A stretch of 64,000 nucleotides of DNA from a virus. The notes beneath the pieces were generated by a model. It had not been told where the DNA came from and did no database searches. It saw nothing but the letters and a program-made list of their open reading frames with translations. The stretch spans positions 2,960-66,959 of the IMG/VR virus record IMGVR_UViG_2773857937_000001, one strand, 5' to 3'. This document shows positions 34,905 to 44,634 of this stretch, in pieces (within the stretch, counting starts at the first letter, position 1; each line of letters opens with the position of its first letter). A program made the translations under genes and the position numbers.

Positions 34905-37495
34905 TACGCTAACACTCCTATAATGTCAGTTACGGTTTCTCGTGTATCACCTGCACATGAGATAGAGCGACGTGCGCGAAGCGACAACACCTTGAATCCC
35001 AGGCTTTTATACAGTTCGTTAATTGCTGGCGCGCCGCTGTTCGTAACTACAACACTGGCACCGCGCTGGTGGGCGGATTTCAGCGTCTGCGCCAGACAAG
35101 CCTGATCCTCAAAACGGAATCGCTGTCCACTGTAGTTAGTGAAGCCAGATTTACCCGGCATCGGCTCATAGGGCGGATCACAGAAAACCACATCCCCCTC
35201 GCCCGCCAACGCTACTGTTTCTCTGTAGTCTGCAATAGCGAACGTATAGTGCCTCGCTAGGGTGGCGAAAGACTCCATTTCAGCGAGAGGGAAATAAGGC
35301 TGGCGATAACTTCCAAATCCCACGTTAAACTCCCCCTTCTGGTTGTAACGCATCAGGCCGTTGAAGCAGTGGCGGTTCAGATAGATAAACGTGGCTGCAC
35401 GCTCCAGCTGTGTCATTTCACGTTTATTAAAACGAGCTTTGATTTCGTCAAAATAGTCTGAATTGTTGCCTTCGCGAAACATCATGGCAGCCTTATCAAT
35501 GAGTGCGAATGGCTCGCGCTGCATGACCTGGTACGTCAGAATCAGATCGTCACAGGCGTCGCTTGCAATCACCTCAGAGAATCCGGCGTTAAGGAAAACA
35601 GAACCACCACCAGCAAAAGGTTCGATAAGGCGGCGGCCGCTAGGCAGATGCGCCAGCACATCGTCAATCACGCTATATTTGCCACCTGCCCACTTCAGAA
35701 ATGGCTTTGTACGTGCCGCCGGAGCATCAGAAACACAAATGGCTTTTACAATCCGCTCGCCAATCCAGCGCATAACCGGCACCGCCATGCTGTTTCCAAT
35801 AGCCTTATAACGTGGCCCATCGACCGCCAGAAAGTTAGCCTCTTCTTCTGGAATATCCGGGAAGTGCGATCGCAGATAAGCCAATTCATCGGCTATCAGC
35901 TTATTGCGCTTATTGACAGTGATCAGGGTGTGATTATCTGGAAAACCTTGAAGTCGTTCACACTCAACTGGAGTAAGGCGGCGAACGGCCATATTGCGGA
36001 AATCAACAATATTGCGTTCCTGTGCCCTTCCCCCGCCGTTTGGGGACGTTAATGCATAAGCGAGATCACCATTAAACTCTATGGTTCGCCCATCTTCACG
36101 CCCGCGCTCCTGAAATGCGAGTACAGCGGGATAACCTTGTCCTGGTTTTCCTCCACCAGCGGAAAGAGGGCCAGATATCTGACCGTCACCATTTTGGAAA
36201 CGAATTTCGGAGCGGTTATTCTCTGCGAAAGCAAAAGCAACACCATCGTGATCGGCTACGCTCACTGCAATTGCGGTAGGGTTTTGAGACATAAGAGATG
36301 GGGAGATATTCTCCGCCGATGCATACTGAGTTGCACTCATTCGTTCAGGAAACGCTATTACAGATAAATGTTCATGGCTTTCCTGCTCTCTGGCGCGCAG
36401 CGTACCCACAACATCACCCTTACTCCATGAGCCAATACCGGTGCTACTGTAAACAGCAAGATCTGTTGCATCCTTGTAATCACGAGCCTTTACGGTTGAC
36501 GCTGTGGCATCATCGGCATACTCACCAAAAGCGCACATGCGGAAAGTGCCCACAATACCAGCGCCGCGCTGAGCAAATATCTCCTGATTACTGGCTCCGA
36601 TGCCTCCTGTGTTATGAGACTGATTCAGGGTTGGGTGGGGATTCACCGGATTGTCCCAATGACTACCCACAACCTGCATATAACCTCCAGCGGCCATATC
36701 TACATCTTGCGACCATCCACCTGAATTAGCGCGAGCCTTAAGAGTTCCGGCAACTTCTTCCCCCGGACCTCTGCTCGGCGGAGAATCCCGGCGCACGCCT
36801 TCGAACTCAAAAAGAATTTTTGCGGGATCGAAACCCTTTCGAGCACTTGCGACAACAAACACACGCTTGCGTCGTTGTGCCACTCCGAAGTATTGGGCAT
36901 CAAGGACTCGCCAGGCCAATTTGCGCTGTCGTCCAACAAGAAAACCCGACTTTGGCCACTTTGGAATGTGCTTATTGGTCGTTTTGTCCCATCGCCAGAA
37001 TTTACTGTTTTTACCCTTTGCAGGTCGTTCACCAGGTTCGAATGGCTCATCTTCACCACCCAATCCGGCAAGGAAGCATCCAAAGGCATTGTCTTTGCTG
37101 CTGAGCACGCCGGGGACATTTTCCCAGACGATGATTGATTCTGGCTCACCGTGTTCGCGGCGTTTGTCGTCGATTGCATTGGCTAACTCTACGTATGAAA
37201 GGGTTAATTGGCCTCGTGTATCAGAAAGTCCATTTCTTAATCCAGCGACGCTAAACGCCTGGCATGGCGTGCCGCCGACTACAACATCTGGAGCCTTAAC
37301 ATTCCCGATACGGACAGCCCTGGCTATTTGAGTCATATCGCCAAGGTTAGATATTTCTGGCCAGCGGGCAGCCAGTACAGCGCAAGGAAACGGCTCTATT
37401 TCTGAAAACCATGCTGGACGCATGCCCAGCGGTTCCCAGGCAATACTTGCCGCCTCGATGCCACTGCAAACGGAACCATAAGAAAGGCCTGTCAT
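34904..37495 (-). CDS. dmt: Dmt bifunctional DNA methyltransferase (N-terminal C5-cytosine MTase + C-terminal Dam-like N6-adenine MTase)
   Basis: N-terminal half: motif I CSGIEAAS, motif IV GGTPCQAFSVAG, motif VI WENVPGV. C-terminal half: KWAGGK, PFAGGGSV and DPPY. Confidence 0.8.
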   Translation of the reverse strand: MTGLSYGSVCSGIEAASIAWEPLGMRPAWFSEIEPFPCAVLAARWPEISNLGDMTQIARAVRIGNVKAPDVVVGGTPCQAFSVAGLRNGLSDTRGQLTLSYVELANAIDDKRREHGEPESIIVWENVPGVLSSKDNAFGCFLAGLGGEDEPFEPGERPAKGKNSKFWRWDKTTNKHIPKWPKSGFLVGRQRKLAWRVLDAQYFGVAQRRKRVFVVASARKGFDPAKILFEFEGVRRDSPPSRGPGEEVAGTLKARANSGGWSQDVDMAAGGYMQVVGSHWDNPVNPHPTLNQSHNTGGIGASNQEIFAQRGAGIVGTFRMCAFGEYADDATASTVKARDYKDATDLAVYSSTGIGSWSKGDVVGTLRAREQESHEHLSVIAFPERMSATQYASAENISPSLMSQNPTAIAVSVADHDGVAFAFAENNRSEIRFQNGDGQISGPLSAGGGKPGQGYPAVLAFQERGREDGRTIEFNGDLAYALTSPNGGGRAQERNIVDFRNMAVRRLTPVECERLQGFPDNHTLITVNKRNKLIADELAYLRSHFPDIPEEEANFLAVDGPRYKAIGNSMAVPVMRWIGERIVKAICVSDAPAARTKPFLKWAGGKYSVIDDVLAHLPSGRRLIEPFAGGGSVFLNAGFSEVIASDACDDLILTYQVMQREPFALIDKAAMMFREGNNSDYFDEIKARFNKREMTQLERAATFIYLNRHCFNGLMRYNQKGEFNVGFGSYRQPYFPLAEMESFATLARHYTFAIADYRETVALAGEGDVVFCDPPYEPMPGKSGFTNYSGQRFRFEDQACLAQTLKSAHQRGASVVVTNSGAPAINELYKSLGFKVLSLRARRSISCAGDTRETVTDIIGVLA

Positions 37496-38403
37496 CAGCG
37501 TTTAGCCTCTCCACCAAGTCCAGCCACCAGCGCATCAACCAGGCATGACAGTTCCTTAGTCAAAAGGAGGAAATCGGCATCATAGCGTTGCGCCACGTCT
37601 TCACGGTCGATGTCATCATTTTGATCAATAAGCTCGTCGGCAAACTTCAACCCGGTTAGGCAAAAGTTATCATCGAGGGTGAAGTTAACTCGGTTTTCCC
37701 AGCCAAGCGCCAGCTTAGTGACCAGCTTCCCGGCTTCCAGGTGGGTAGCAATTTCATCGCTAACCAGATCCTGTTTTTTCAGTCGTGCAATACCGCCGTC
37801 TTCGAGTAACGCTTTCAGTTCGGCGGAATCACCCATTAAGAAACCACAAGGCACCTGACCGCTGCGTACCCATTCAGTCAGCGTTATCTCAATAGGTGTT
37901 TCGATTGTTAAAGGCACTACAGGAAGTGAGCCAAGAGATTTGCGGATCAGCGCCAACATATCTTCGGCCTGGCGTGCACCGGCATTGATATAAATTCGTT
38001 TCGTCGAGCCGTCGTAAATGGCCTGAGTCGTGGAGTATTTGGAAAAAGCGCGAGGTAGAAGCGAATGCAAAACCTCATCCTTCAGTGAATCCTTTTCTGT
38101 CTTCTTCAGCTTCCTGCCCTGATCTTGCTCCAGTTTCTCAATTTTTTTCGCTAACTCACGCTGGATCACCGGCGGCGGCAGAATTTTAGTTTCTCGCTTA
38201 GCTTCAACGAGGATGAAACCATTTCCATGCATCGCTGCGGCTTCATAGTTTTCACCATATGGAGAAACAAACCCAAACTTTGCCATGTCCTGGCTTCCAC
38301 ACGGTGTAAACAGGATTTGCTTCGATTTGTCTTCAAGTTCGATGAGATTTTCAACATCGCGGGAAAGTGAATAGACGGAGAGTTTCTTCCAGTGTTTAAA
38401 CAT
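37495..38403 (-). CDS. hrdC: RdgC-like recombination-associated protein (HrdC)
   Basis: Near-colinear similarity to recalled E. coli RdgC ([12 protein letters not shown]...[22 protein letters not shown]...[12 protein letters not shown]...LGGEA.R). Start at the [11 protein letters not shown] Met, giving 303 aa. Confidence 0.8.
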   Translation of the reverse strand: MFKHWKKLSVYSLSRDVENLIELEDKSKQILFTPCGSQDMAKFGFVSPYGENYEAAAMHGNGFILVEAKRETKILPPPVIQRELAKKIEKLEQDQGRKLKKTEKDSLKDEVLHSLLPRAFSKYSTTQAIYDGSTKRIYINAGARQAEDMLALIRKSLGSLPVVPLTIETPIEITLTEWVRSGQVPCGFLMGDSAELKALLEDGGIARLKKQDLVSDEIATHLEAGKLVTKLALGWENRVNFTLDDNFCLTGLKFADELIDQNDDIDREDVAQRYDADFLLLTKELSCLVDALVAGLGGEAKR

Positions 38404-38686
38404 TCTGAAGTCCTTTAATTGAGCTAACTGAGAGATTTTCACGGTAGAAGATTGCGAGGCTGGAACACCCGCGAGTTTTGGCATACGAACTTGGTCCAAG
38501 CTCGTTTTTCCAGATGTATGGCTTTTTGTCCGTTCTACGGAGCATGACCACGGCCTTTGAATCGGCCTTAGATGCAACCAGGCAAACACCTTCACTCACC
38601 CTGATGGCCTGAAGGTTTTCAAGCTCGCCACTGGTTATCAGGCGATCAAATTCTTTGCGACTAATCAGGTCCATTTGCGTCCTCAT
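38396..38686 (-). CDS. hypothetical protein (96 aa), uhr-like gene upstream of hrdC
   Basis: ORF with a GAGGTG RBS and an 8-nt overlap with the hrdC start. Confidence 0.45.
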   Translation of the reverse strand: MRTQMDLISRKEFDRLITSGELENLQAIRVSEGVCLVASKADSKAVVMLRRTDKKPYIWKNELGPSSYAKTRGCSSLAIFYRENLSVSSIKGLQNV

Positions 38687-38737
38687 GTCACCTCATAAAT
38701 GTGGGCAAATGGTAACGCAACCGCAAAGCAAAAAACA

Positions 38738-38754
38738 TAATTTATTAGAACAAA
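38738..38754 (-). promoter_or_regulatory. C1 operator-like site (TAATTTATTAGAACAAA) upstream of uhr-hrdC-dmt operon
   Basis: 14 of 17 match to the reverse-complement consensus. Confidence 0.55.
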
Positions 38755-38833
38755 TTTATGGTTGTTGATCTGAGCACATCCAGTAATGACAAAGGATATG
38801 ATTTTTTTACCATAGCAATTACGGTGTTTAATC

Positions 38834-39118
38834 ATGTCTTCTGTCGCAACCAAAAACAGTATTTGTTCGGGGCATGGCGGCTTTCCAGCTCGCCCGCCTG
38901 TAGAAAGTGAGCCTTTGCTGAAAATTAACGGGATTGATGTGCTGGTGGATGGCAATCAGTACGCACAGCACAGTGATGGGAATAGCACGCACGGAGGCCA
39001 GGCGATCACTACGCGCGCCTGGTTCACTATCAATGGTAAGGGGGTCGTTTGCGTGGGGGATCCTGTTTCATGTGGATCCACCGTCGCAAGCGGTGACGCG
39101 CTGGTACAAATTAGTTAG
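38834..39118 (+). CDS. small Gly/Cys-containing beta-rich protein (94 aa), PAAR-like?
   Basis: SGHGGFPARP...THGGQAI...GDPVSCGSTVASGD resemble PAAR-type repeats. This is weak and memory-based. Confidence 0.35.
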   Translation: MSSVATKNSICSGHGGFPARPPVESEPLLKINGIDVLVDGNQYAQHSDGNSTHGGQAITTRAWFTINGKGVVCVGDPVSCGSTVASGDALVQIS

Positions 39119-39126
39119 GGGAAATC

Positions 39127-39903
39127 ATGCTGGAGAAGGAATACCAACTACAGGCGTTTAAAAATCTGGTGTCTGCTGGTGGAATGAAGACACCGATGGC
39201 GATCACCATTTCAACAAACTGCATGGCTGAGGCTAAAAATATCGCCGATCAGCTCGCGGGGCTCATTCTGGCCGATATCTCTTATCCGGACACTGTAACG
39301 CCTTTCATCAAAGTGATCACCGATGCGGCCAACGATCTAAATGCGGTAAGCCTGCTGGCGAGCAGTCATGCAAACCTATTGGCTGCGAATGCTGATCTAT
39401 CCATGTTGCTACAGCTAAACATTGGTTGGGATGTTTATTGTCGGGCAAATTCACTGGAGGCCTCAGAACTTCCGATCTCCGTTGCTATTGGTGACGATGC
39501 AACGCCAAAAGCACTTATGGATGCCGTAAGCGGTGTTGATACTGCTGCGGTAGTGGCCGCTATGGCTGATATCAACCAGACACTGAATACGGGCACAGGA
39601 GGCTCTACAGAAGGCGGAGCCGCTATTCCTCCACCAGCGTTAACACAAGACCAGATAGACGCACTGAAAGCCGCCTGCGCGTCGCTTGGCCTCGATCTCG
39701 AAATGATTCCTCCAGCACGAGATAGTTTGAAAACTCAAACAGATAAAGCTGGTGAAAGTGCGACCATTGCGATCGCAACGTATACCAGCGCGATCGGCAC
39801 GGCATTATCCGAAGCGTCGGCAAATAACAGTAGCACTGCCTGCGCCGTAGCGGCGTTAGTACCACAAAGTGTACTGGATGAGTTGAAAAAAGGCGCTGCT
39901 TAA
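39127..39903 (+). CDS. hypothetical Ala-rich protein (258 aa)
   Basis: ORF with an 8-nt spacing from the upstream gene. Confidence 0.45.
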   Translation: MLEKEYQLQAFKNLVSAGGMKTPMAITISTNCMAEAKNIADQLAGLILADISYPDTVTPFIKVITDAANDLNAVSLLASSHANLLAANADLSMLLQLNIGWDVYCRANSLEASELPISVAIGDDATPKALMDAVSGVDTAAVVAAMADINQTLNTGTGGSTEGGAAIPPPALTQDQIDALKAACASLGLDLEMIPPARDSLKTQTDKAGESATIAIATYTSAIGTALSEASANNSSTACAVAALVPQSVLDELKKGAA

Positions 39904-39941
39904 CAAATGACCTGAAAGAGAATGCCGGTCATGGAGGTGTT

Positions 39942-40364
39942 ATGTCTATTTTTTCCACACTTAAGGCAACGTTGTCGCTGAAGGAAAAACTGATTGCTGG
40001 TGTCGGGATCGCACTGTTTTTAGGGATCGTCATTTCTGGCATAGCGTGGGAGCACCGTCAGTTAATGCAGGCAACTGAAAACATTGGGCGCTTGAATCAG
40101 GTGGTTCGTGAGCGCGATGCCGTTATTTCTCTTCAAAACAAGGCCATGACAGCGCTGAATGATGCGCAGAGAGCTTTTCACGCTCAAGAGGTAAAAGACG
40201 ATGATGAGCAGTCGGAATTTGTTTCCAGGCAAGAGCAGGTTAAATCTGATATACGTAAAGAGATGGATGAGACAGGTACTGTTCGGCAGCGTTTGCCTGA
40301 CCGTACTCGTAGCATGCTCCAACGATCCATCCGTGAATTTAACGCCGACGCCGGTAAAGGTTGA
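39942..40364 (+). CDS. membrane-anchored coiled-coil protein (140 aa)
   Basis: An N-terminal TM helix LIAGVGIALFLGIVISGIAW. Confidence 0.45.
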   Translation: MSIFSTLKATLSLKEKLIAGVGIALFLGIVISGIAWEHRQLMQATENIGRLNQVVRERDAVISLQNKAMTALNDAQRAFHAQEVKDDDEQSEFVSRQEQVKSDIRKEMDETGTVRQRLPDRTRSMLQRSIREFNADAGKG

Positions 40365-40527
40365 ACGGGCTGAGGCAAAAGAGGCCTTCATGTGTCGTAT
40401 GCCAGAATTCAATGCGGAGTATTTTGATGATCTACCTGCATATATCGTGGATACGGAAACGTTACTGAAGGGAATCAATCGTAAAAATCGAAACGTGAAT
40501 ACCTATAACCGTTCGCTTAGCCAGTAA
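40267..40527 (+). CDS. small lipoprotein (about 86 aa; signal peptide + lipobox LVAC|S), mlp-like
   Basis: MRQVLFGSVCLTVLVACSN. It overlaps the 3' end of the previous ORF in another frame, so one of the two may be mis-called. Confidence 0.35.
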   Translation: MRQVLFGSVCLTVLVACSNDPSVNLTPTPVKVERAEAKEAFMCRMPEFNAEYFDDLPAYIVDTETLLKGINRKNRNVNTYNRSLSQ

Positions 40528-40710
40528 TGCTTTTGTAGCGCGATTTCCATTTATCAAACCGACTTCATCAGGTCGGTTTTTAATTTTATCCACTTTTCCA
40601 CAGGGTAGATCCAATAAGTGATCCATATAAAGATCCTAATTGGATCCATATAGTTCCAAACAGATCCCCGATCCCTGAGAGCCGCGCCGTGTAAGGTCTG
40701 CGACGTTTTT

Positions 40711-40834
40711 CGGTGTGTCACATTATGCTTAAAGTGTGTCGTGACATGTAAAAAGTGTGTCCTATCATGCAAAAAGTGTGTGACAACATGCTATTGGTGT
40801 GTCATAACATGCTTTCTGGTGTGTCGTAGCATGT
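40711..40834. repeat. incC-type origin iterons (6 x about 21 bp, core GTGTGTC....CATG) upstream of repA
   Basis: Read directly: cggtgtgtcacattatgc / aaagtgtgtcgtgacatgt / aaagtgtgtcctatcatgc / aaagtgtgtgacaacatgc / ttggtgtgtcataacatgc / tggtgtgtcgtagcatgt. Confidence 0.8.
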
Positions 40835-40913
40835 GAAAAATTCAGTTATCCACCATTTGTGGATAAATTGCGTCAACCCATGTGAAAACACTATAACAAA
40901 GCGGCGTAACTCT

Positions 40914-41780
40914 ATGTCTGATAATAACTTTTTCCCTCTCATTGAAGAGATAACAAGTGATGGTGAAGCCCATCAGTTAACCGTTACCAGTACATCTTCT
41001 ATTCAACCAGCAATCCTACTGCGTTTAGGGGTTTTTGTCCCCGGAACAAGAGCGATCCCTAAAGGACAGGTTCAGGGGATCGACGTCTCCGCCGCTTTTT
41101 CTCAGCTGGAGTTTGCCAGAAAGGAAGGCTATGACGAGGTTCGTATTTTTGGCGAACGTCTGAATATCTCGACGGATTTCAGTGTCTGGATGGGAGTCAT
41201 TGGTGCATTCAGTAAATATGGTATGAGTTCGAACACCATCGATATCCCATTTACTGAATTTGCCTCGCTATGCCAGTACGACTCCCGTCAGTTTAATAAA
41301 CGGCTGAGGGATACCATTTTCGATGCTCTGACACGGATTGGTACTAAGACGGTGCAGTTTAAGAGCAAAAAAACGGGCAATAAGTTTTTTACGCAGTTGC
41401 TGAAGAACGGCAAGTATACGCGTGAAACAGACATGGTAACTCTCCAGGCAGATGAGCGCTTGTGGGAGCTTTATCAGATAGATTACAACATCCTGCTACG
41501 TAAGCGCCCCTACCATATGCTTAAGGGGAAAGAGGTCGCGCAGACCTTATACACTTTCATTGCCAGTTTGCCGGATAACCCTGCCCCACTGCGTTTTGAT
41601 CGCATCATTGAACGGCTTAACCTGACTTCTCCAGTCAAAGAGCAAAACAGACTGATTAAGGCAGCGCTTAAGCAACTTCAGGACATCGGGTACATTGAGT
41701 ATTCCATTGTAAAAGATGGCCGGACGCTTACCTTGCTGATCCATAAGCGAAACAAAAAACTGAAGGAACTGGAGTCGTAA
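40914..41780 (+). CDS. repA: RepA plasmid replication initiator (P1 R replicon)
   Basis: Similarity to recalled P1 RepA (LGVFVP...FSQLE.A..EGYD......FSKYG.SSNTI...F.E.....LWEL.Q.DY..LL......AQ.IYTFI.SLP.NP.PL.F.RI.ERL.L). It is flanked by iterons, and the start is at the MSDNNFF Met. Confidence 0.85.
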   Translation: MSDNNFFPLIEEITSDGEAHQLTVTSTSSIQPAILLRLGVFVPGTRAIPKGQVQGIDVSAAFSQLEFARKEGYDEVRIFGERLNISTDFSVWMGVIGAFSKYGMSSNTIDIPFTEFASLCQYDSRQFNKRLRDTIFDALTRIGTKTVQFKSKKTGNKFFTQLLKNGKYTRETDMVTLQADERLWELYQIDYNILLRKRPYHMLKGKEVAQTLYTFIASLPDNPAPLRFDRIIERLNLTSPVKEQNRLIKAALKQLQDIGYIEYSIVKDGRTLTLLIHKRNKKLKELES

Positions 41781-42062
41781 AAAAGTGGGTTAGCTTATGC
41801 AGTGGCCCACAAATGGTGGGTCGCAACATGCAATAGGTGTGTCATGGCATGCTCATTTCCTATTTCGCACTATTCAGATTCTGACGTTGGTTAATATTCG
41901 ATCACCACTACCGCTTTAACATGTTGTGACACACCATTATGCATAACGTGACCCACCTGAACATGTCATAACCCACTTTTGTACTGCCCCATAATCGACC
42001 TGCATATCAGAACCCACTTTTTATATGTCAGGCTGAAGCCTGCATGTTGTGACACACCTTTA
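41781..42062. repeat. incA-type iteron cluster downstream of repA (about 8 iteron-like repeats in both orientations)
   Basis: Repeated GGTGTGTCA / TGACACACC / AACCCACTTTT units. Confidence 0.7.
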
Positions 42063-42201
42063 AAATCCATCCTCCCTGCCCTTTTGACGGCTTTTGATAA
42101 ACTTGGTCTAAAATGCGTTGCATAAAGAAATGTGTATGTATTATCATTTTATGCAGCATTTATATCTAAACTCAAAAATGCAGCATACAAGGAGCAGTTA
42201 C

Positions 42202-43398
42202 ATGATTGACGTTAGCCAACTTCAGAAGGTTGCTCAAAGAGCAAACAAAATGCTTCATTTACTGACAGAGCAGGTACAGCAACAAAAGGATGAATATCAT
42301 ACAAATGAATTTCATCAGGTGTATGCAAAGGCTGCGCTGTCAAAATTACCGAAACTGACTCGTGCTAACGTTGATTACGCAGTGAGTGAAATGGAAGAGC
42401 AAGGCTACGTTTTTGATAAACGTCCGGCGGGCAGTTCCATGAAGTATGCGATGTCTATTCAGAATATTATCGACATCTATAAGCACCGTGGGGTGCCGAA
42501 GTATAGAGATCGTTATGACAGTGCTTACGTCATTTTTGTCGCTAACCTTAAAGGTGGTGTGTCAAAAACTGTATCAACGGTTTCCCTTGCGCATGCTATG
42601 CGAGCGCATCCGCATCTGTTGTTTGAAGATCTGCGAATTTTAGTCATTGACCTTGACCCACAATCCTCTGCAACGATGTTCCTTAACCATAAGAGCGCTG
42701 TAGGGATCGTCAATACCACGTCTGCCCAGGCTATGCTGCAAAACGTCACTCGTGAAGAGTTACTGGAAGAGTTTATCGTCCCGTCCATAGTGCCTGGCGT
42801 AGATGTTATGCCAGCGTCAATTGACGACGCCTTTATTGCCTCAGACTGGAAAGAGCTATGTGGTACTCACTTGCCGGGGCAAAACGTTCATGCAGTGTTA
42901 CGTGAAAACGTAATTGATAAGCTACGTGGGGATTATGACTTCATCCTCGTTGATAGTGGCCCACATCTTGACGCATTCCTGAAAAACGCACTGGCATCGG
43001 CTGATATCTTATTTACCCCACTGCCCCCGGCTACAGTTGATTTCCATTCCTCACTTAAGTATGTGGCGCGTTTACCGGAACTGGTTCGGCTGATTTCCTC
43101 CGAGGGATGTGATTGCAAACTCGCGACCAATATTGGGTTTATGTCGAAGTTAAGTAATAAGCCAGATCACAAATATTGCCATAGCCTGGCAAAAGAAGTT
43201 TTTGGCGGGGATATGCTGGATGTTGTTCTTCCCCGACTTGATGGTTTTGAGCGCTGTGGCGAATCGTTTGATACGGTTGTTTCAGCCAACCCGACAACAT
43301 ATGTAGGGAGCGCCGACGCGCTGAAGAATGCACGCGTTGCAGCAGAGGACTTTGCTAAAGCCGTCTTTGACCGCATTGAATTTATCAGATCGAATTAA
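42202..43398 (+). CDS. parA: ParA partition ATPase
   Basis: About 90 percent identity to recalled P1 ParA. It has the deviant Walker A KGGVSKT. Start at MIDVSQLQK, giving 398 aa. Confidence 0.9.
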   Translation: MIDVSQLQKVAQRANKMLHLLTEQVQQQKDEYHTNEFHQVYAKAALSKLPKLTRANVDYAVSEMEEQGYVFDKRPAGSSMKYAMSIQNIIDIYKHRGVPKYRDRYDSAYVIFVANLKGGVSKTVSTVSLAHAMRAHPHLLFEDLRILVIDLDPQSSATMFLNHKSAVGIVNTTSAQAMLQNVTREELLEEFIVPSIVPGVDVMPASIDDAFIASDWKELCGTHLPGQNVHAVLRENVIDKLRGDYDFILVDSGPHLDAFLKNALASADILFTPLPPATVDFHSSLKYVARLPELVRLISSEGCDCKLATNIGFMSKLSNKPDHKYCHSLAKEVFGGDMLDVVLPRLDGFERCGESFDTVVSANPTTYVGSADALKNARVAAEDFAKAVFDRIEFIRSN

Positions 43399-43411
43399 GG
43401 ATTAAGAAGAA

Positions 43412-44410
43412 ATGAGCAATAGAAAATTACGACCAGTCGTTGGCCGAGTATTGGGACAAGCGATGCTGTCTGAAAATGATCCTTCATCCGCTGATAGTGC
43501 TCAACAAATGCAGGTTTTTACTTTGTCCACCGGGCGACAAGCCACGTTCGCAGAGATTACTGTACCACCGGGGAGTGTTGAGAGCGACACCTTTGTTGTG
43601 CAGGAAAACAACGGGCGTGATCAGTCGGCATTGACGCCGGAATCGCTGAAAAATATAACCCGTACGATGAAATTTCAGCAGTTCTACCCGACGATTGGTG
43701 TTCGAAGAGAAGGAAAAATAGAGATACTTGACGGCTCCCGCCGCCGCGCATCGGCCATTTTGTGTAAGGTTGGTCTTCGTATTCTGGTTACGGATCAGGA
43801 TATTTCTGTTACTGAGGCGCAAAGGCTGGCCAAAGATTTACAGACTTCCGTTGAGCACAATATCCGTGAGATTGGCTTGCGCCTGATGAACCTTAAAAAT
43901 AACGGGATGAACCAAAAAGAAATCGCTGCCAGCGAAGGAATGTCCCAGGCAAAGGTCACGCGCGCCCTTCAGGCGGCCAGCGCACCAGAAGACTTGATCA
44001 CCCTCTTCCCTGTACAGTCAGAGTTAACGTATTCGGACTATAAGCAACTATGTGTTGTTGCTGATGAGATGGGTAATAAAGACCTGACCCTTGATGAGTT
44101 GGTGAGCAATATTTCTAATGAAGTTGATAAGGTCCAGGCCGACGATGAATTGGCAGAAGATGAGGTTAAAAACCAAATCATGAAGCTGATCACCAAAGAG
44201 GCGCAAATACTCACCGTCAAAGGACCGAAAGATAAAGCTGTTGTGTCCGAATTATGGAAATTTGATGAAAGACACCGCTATGCGCGTAAGCGGGTTAAAG
44301 ACCGGGTAGTATCGTATGAATTCAGTCGAATCCCTCGCGAATTACAGGATGAATTGGATCGCATGATAAATCACTTACTCAAAAAGAATCTTTCCAAACC
44401 TGAAAACTGA
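43412..44410 (+). CDS. parB: ParB partition protein
   Basis: 332 aa, directly after parA and before parS. It has a ParB-like HTH region. Confidence 0.85.
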   Translation: MSNRKLRPVVGRVLGQAMLSENDPSSADSAQQMQVFTLSTGRQATFAEITVPPGSVESDTFVVQENNGRDQSALTPESLKNITRTMKFQQFYPTIGVRREGKIEILDGSRRRASAILCKVGLRILVTDQDISVTEAQRLAKDLQTSVEHNIREIGLRLMNLKNNGMNQKEIAASEGMSQAKVTRALQAASAPEDLITLFPVQSELTYSDYKQLCVVADEMGNKDLTLDELVSNISNEVDKVQADDELAEDEVKNQIMKLITKEAQILTVKGPKDKAVVSELWKFDERHRYARKRVKDRVVSYEFSRIPRELQDELDRMINHLLKKNLSKPEN

Positions 44411-44424
44411 GAAAGTGTACCACC

Positions 44425-44500
44425 CAAATTTCACTTGTAACTTACTATTTTAAAAGAGTTTTTGAGAAGAATTTCACGGTGAAATCCCCACGATTTCACC
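44425..44500. other. parS: parS centromere (box A heptamers ATTTCAC x3 + inverted GTGAAAT, AT-rich IHF-like core)
   Basis: Read directly: ATTTCAC at about 44428, 44471 and 44493, and GTGAAAT at about 44479. Confidence 0.7.
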
Positions 44501-44557
44501 CCTTCTCTTCATAATCCCCCTCTCCTTCTTCCATAAATAATTATCTTGTTGCTTTGC

Positions 44558-44583
44558 TTGTCAACAAGTGACTTTCAATAAAA
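44558..44583 (+). promoter_or_regulatory. P1-type late promoter (TTGTCAACAAGTGACTTTC-AATAAAAT) upstream of head gene
   Basis: Late box plus a TAAAAT -10. Confidence 0.55.
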
Positions 44584-44634
44584 TTTGTCCTGAAAAGAGT
44601 TCCACTGCGGTGCCCTGTTTGAAAGGACAAAGTT

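Noticed and set aside
35069-37538. Numerous plus-strand ORFs (63-159 aa) overlapping dmt.
   Set aside because: They are antisense to a methyltransferase gene with conserved motifs throughout, and have no RBSs.
38404-38595. Long N-terminal extension of the RdgC homolog (366-aa ORF).
   Set aside because: E. coli RdgC is 303 aa and aligns from the [11 protein letters not shown] Met. The upstream part is used in another frame by the 96-aa uhr-like ORF, which has a good RBS.
40833-40913. N-terminal extension of RepA over the incC iterons.
   Set aside because: It lies inside the iteron array. Alignment with P1 RepA supports the Met at 40914.
42118-42201. N-terminal extension of ParA (ORF track start 42118, 426 aa).
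   Set aside because: The extension overlaps incA iterons and has no counterpart in P1 ParA. The Met at 42202 (MIDVSQLQK) aligns with the P1 start and gives 398 aa.
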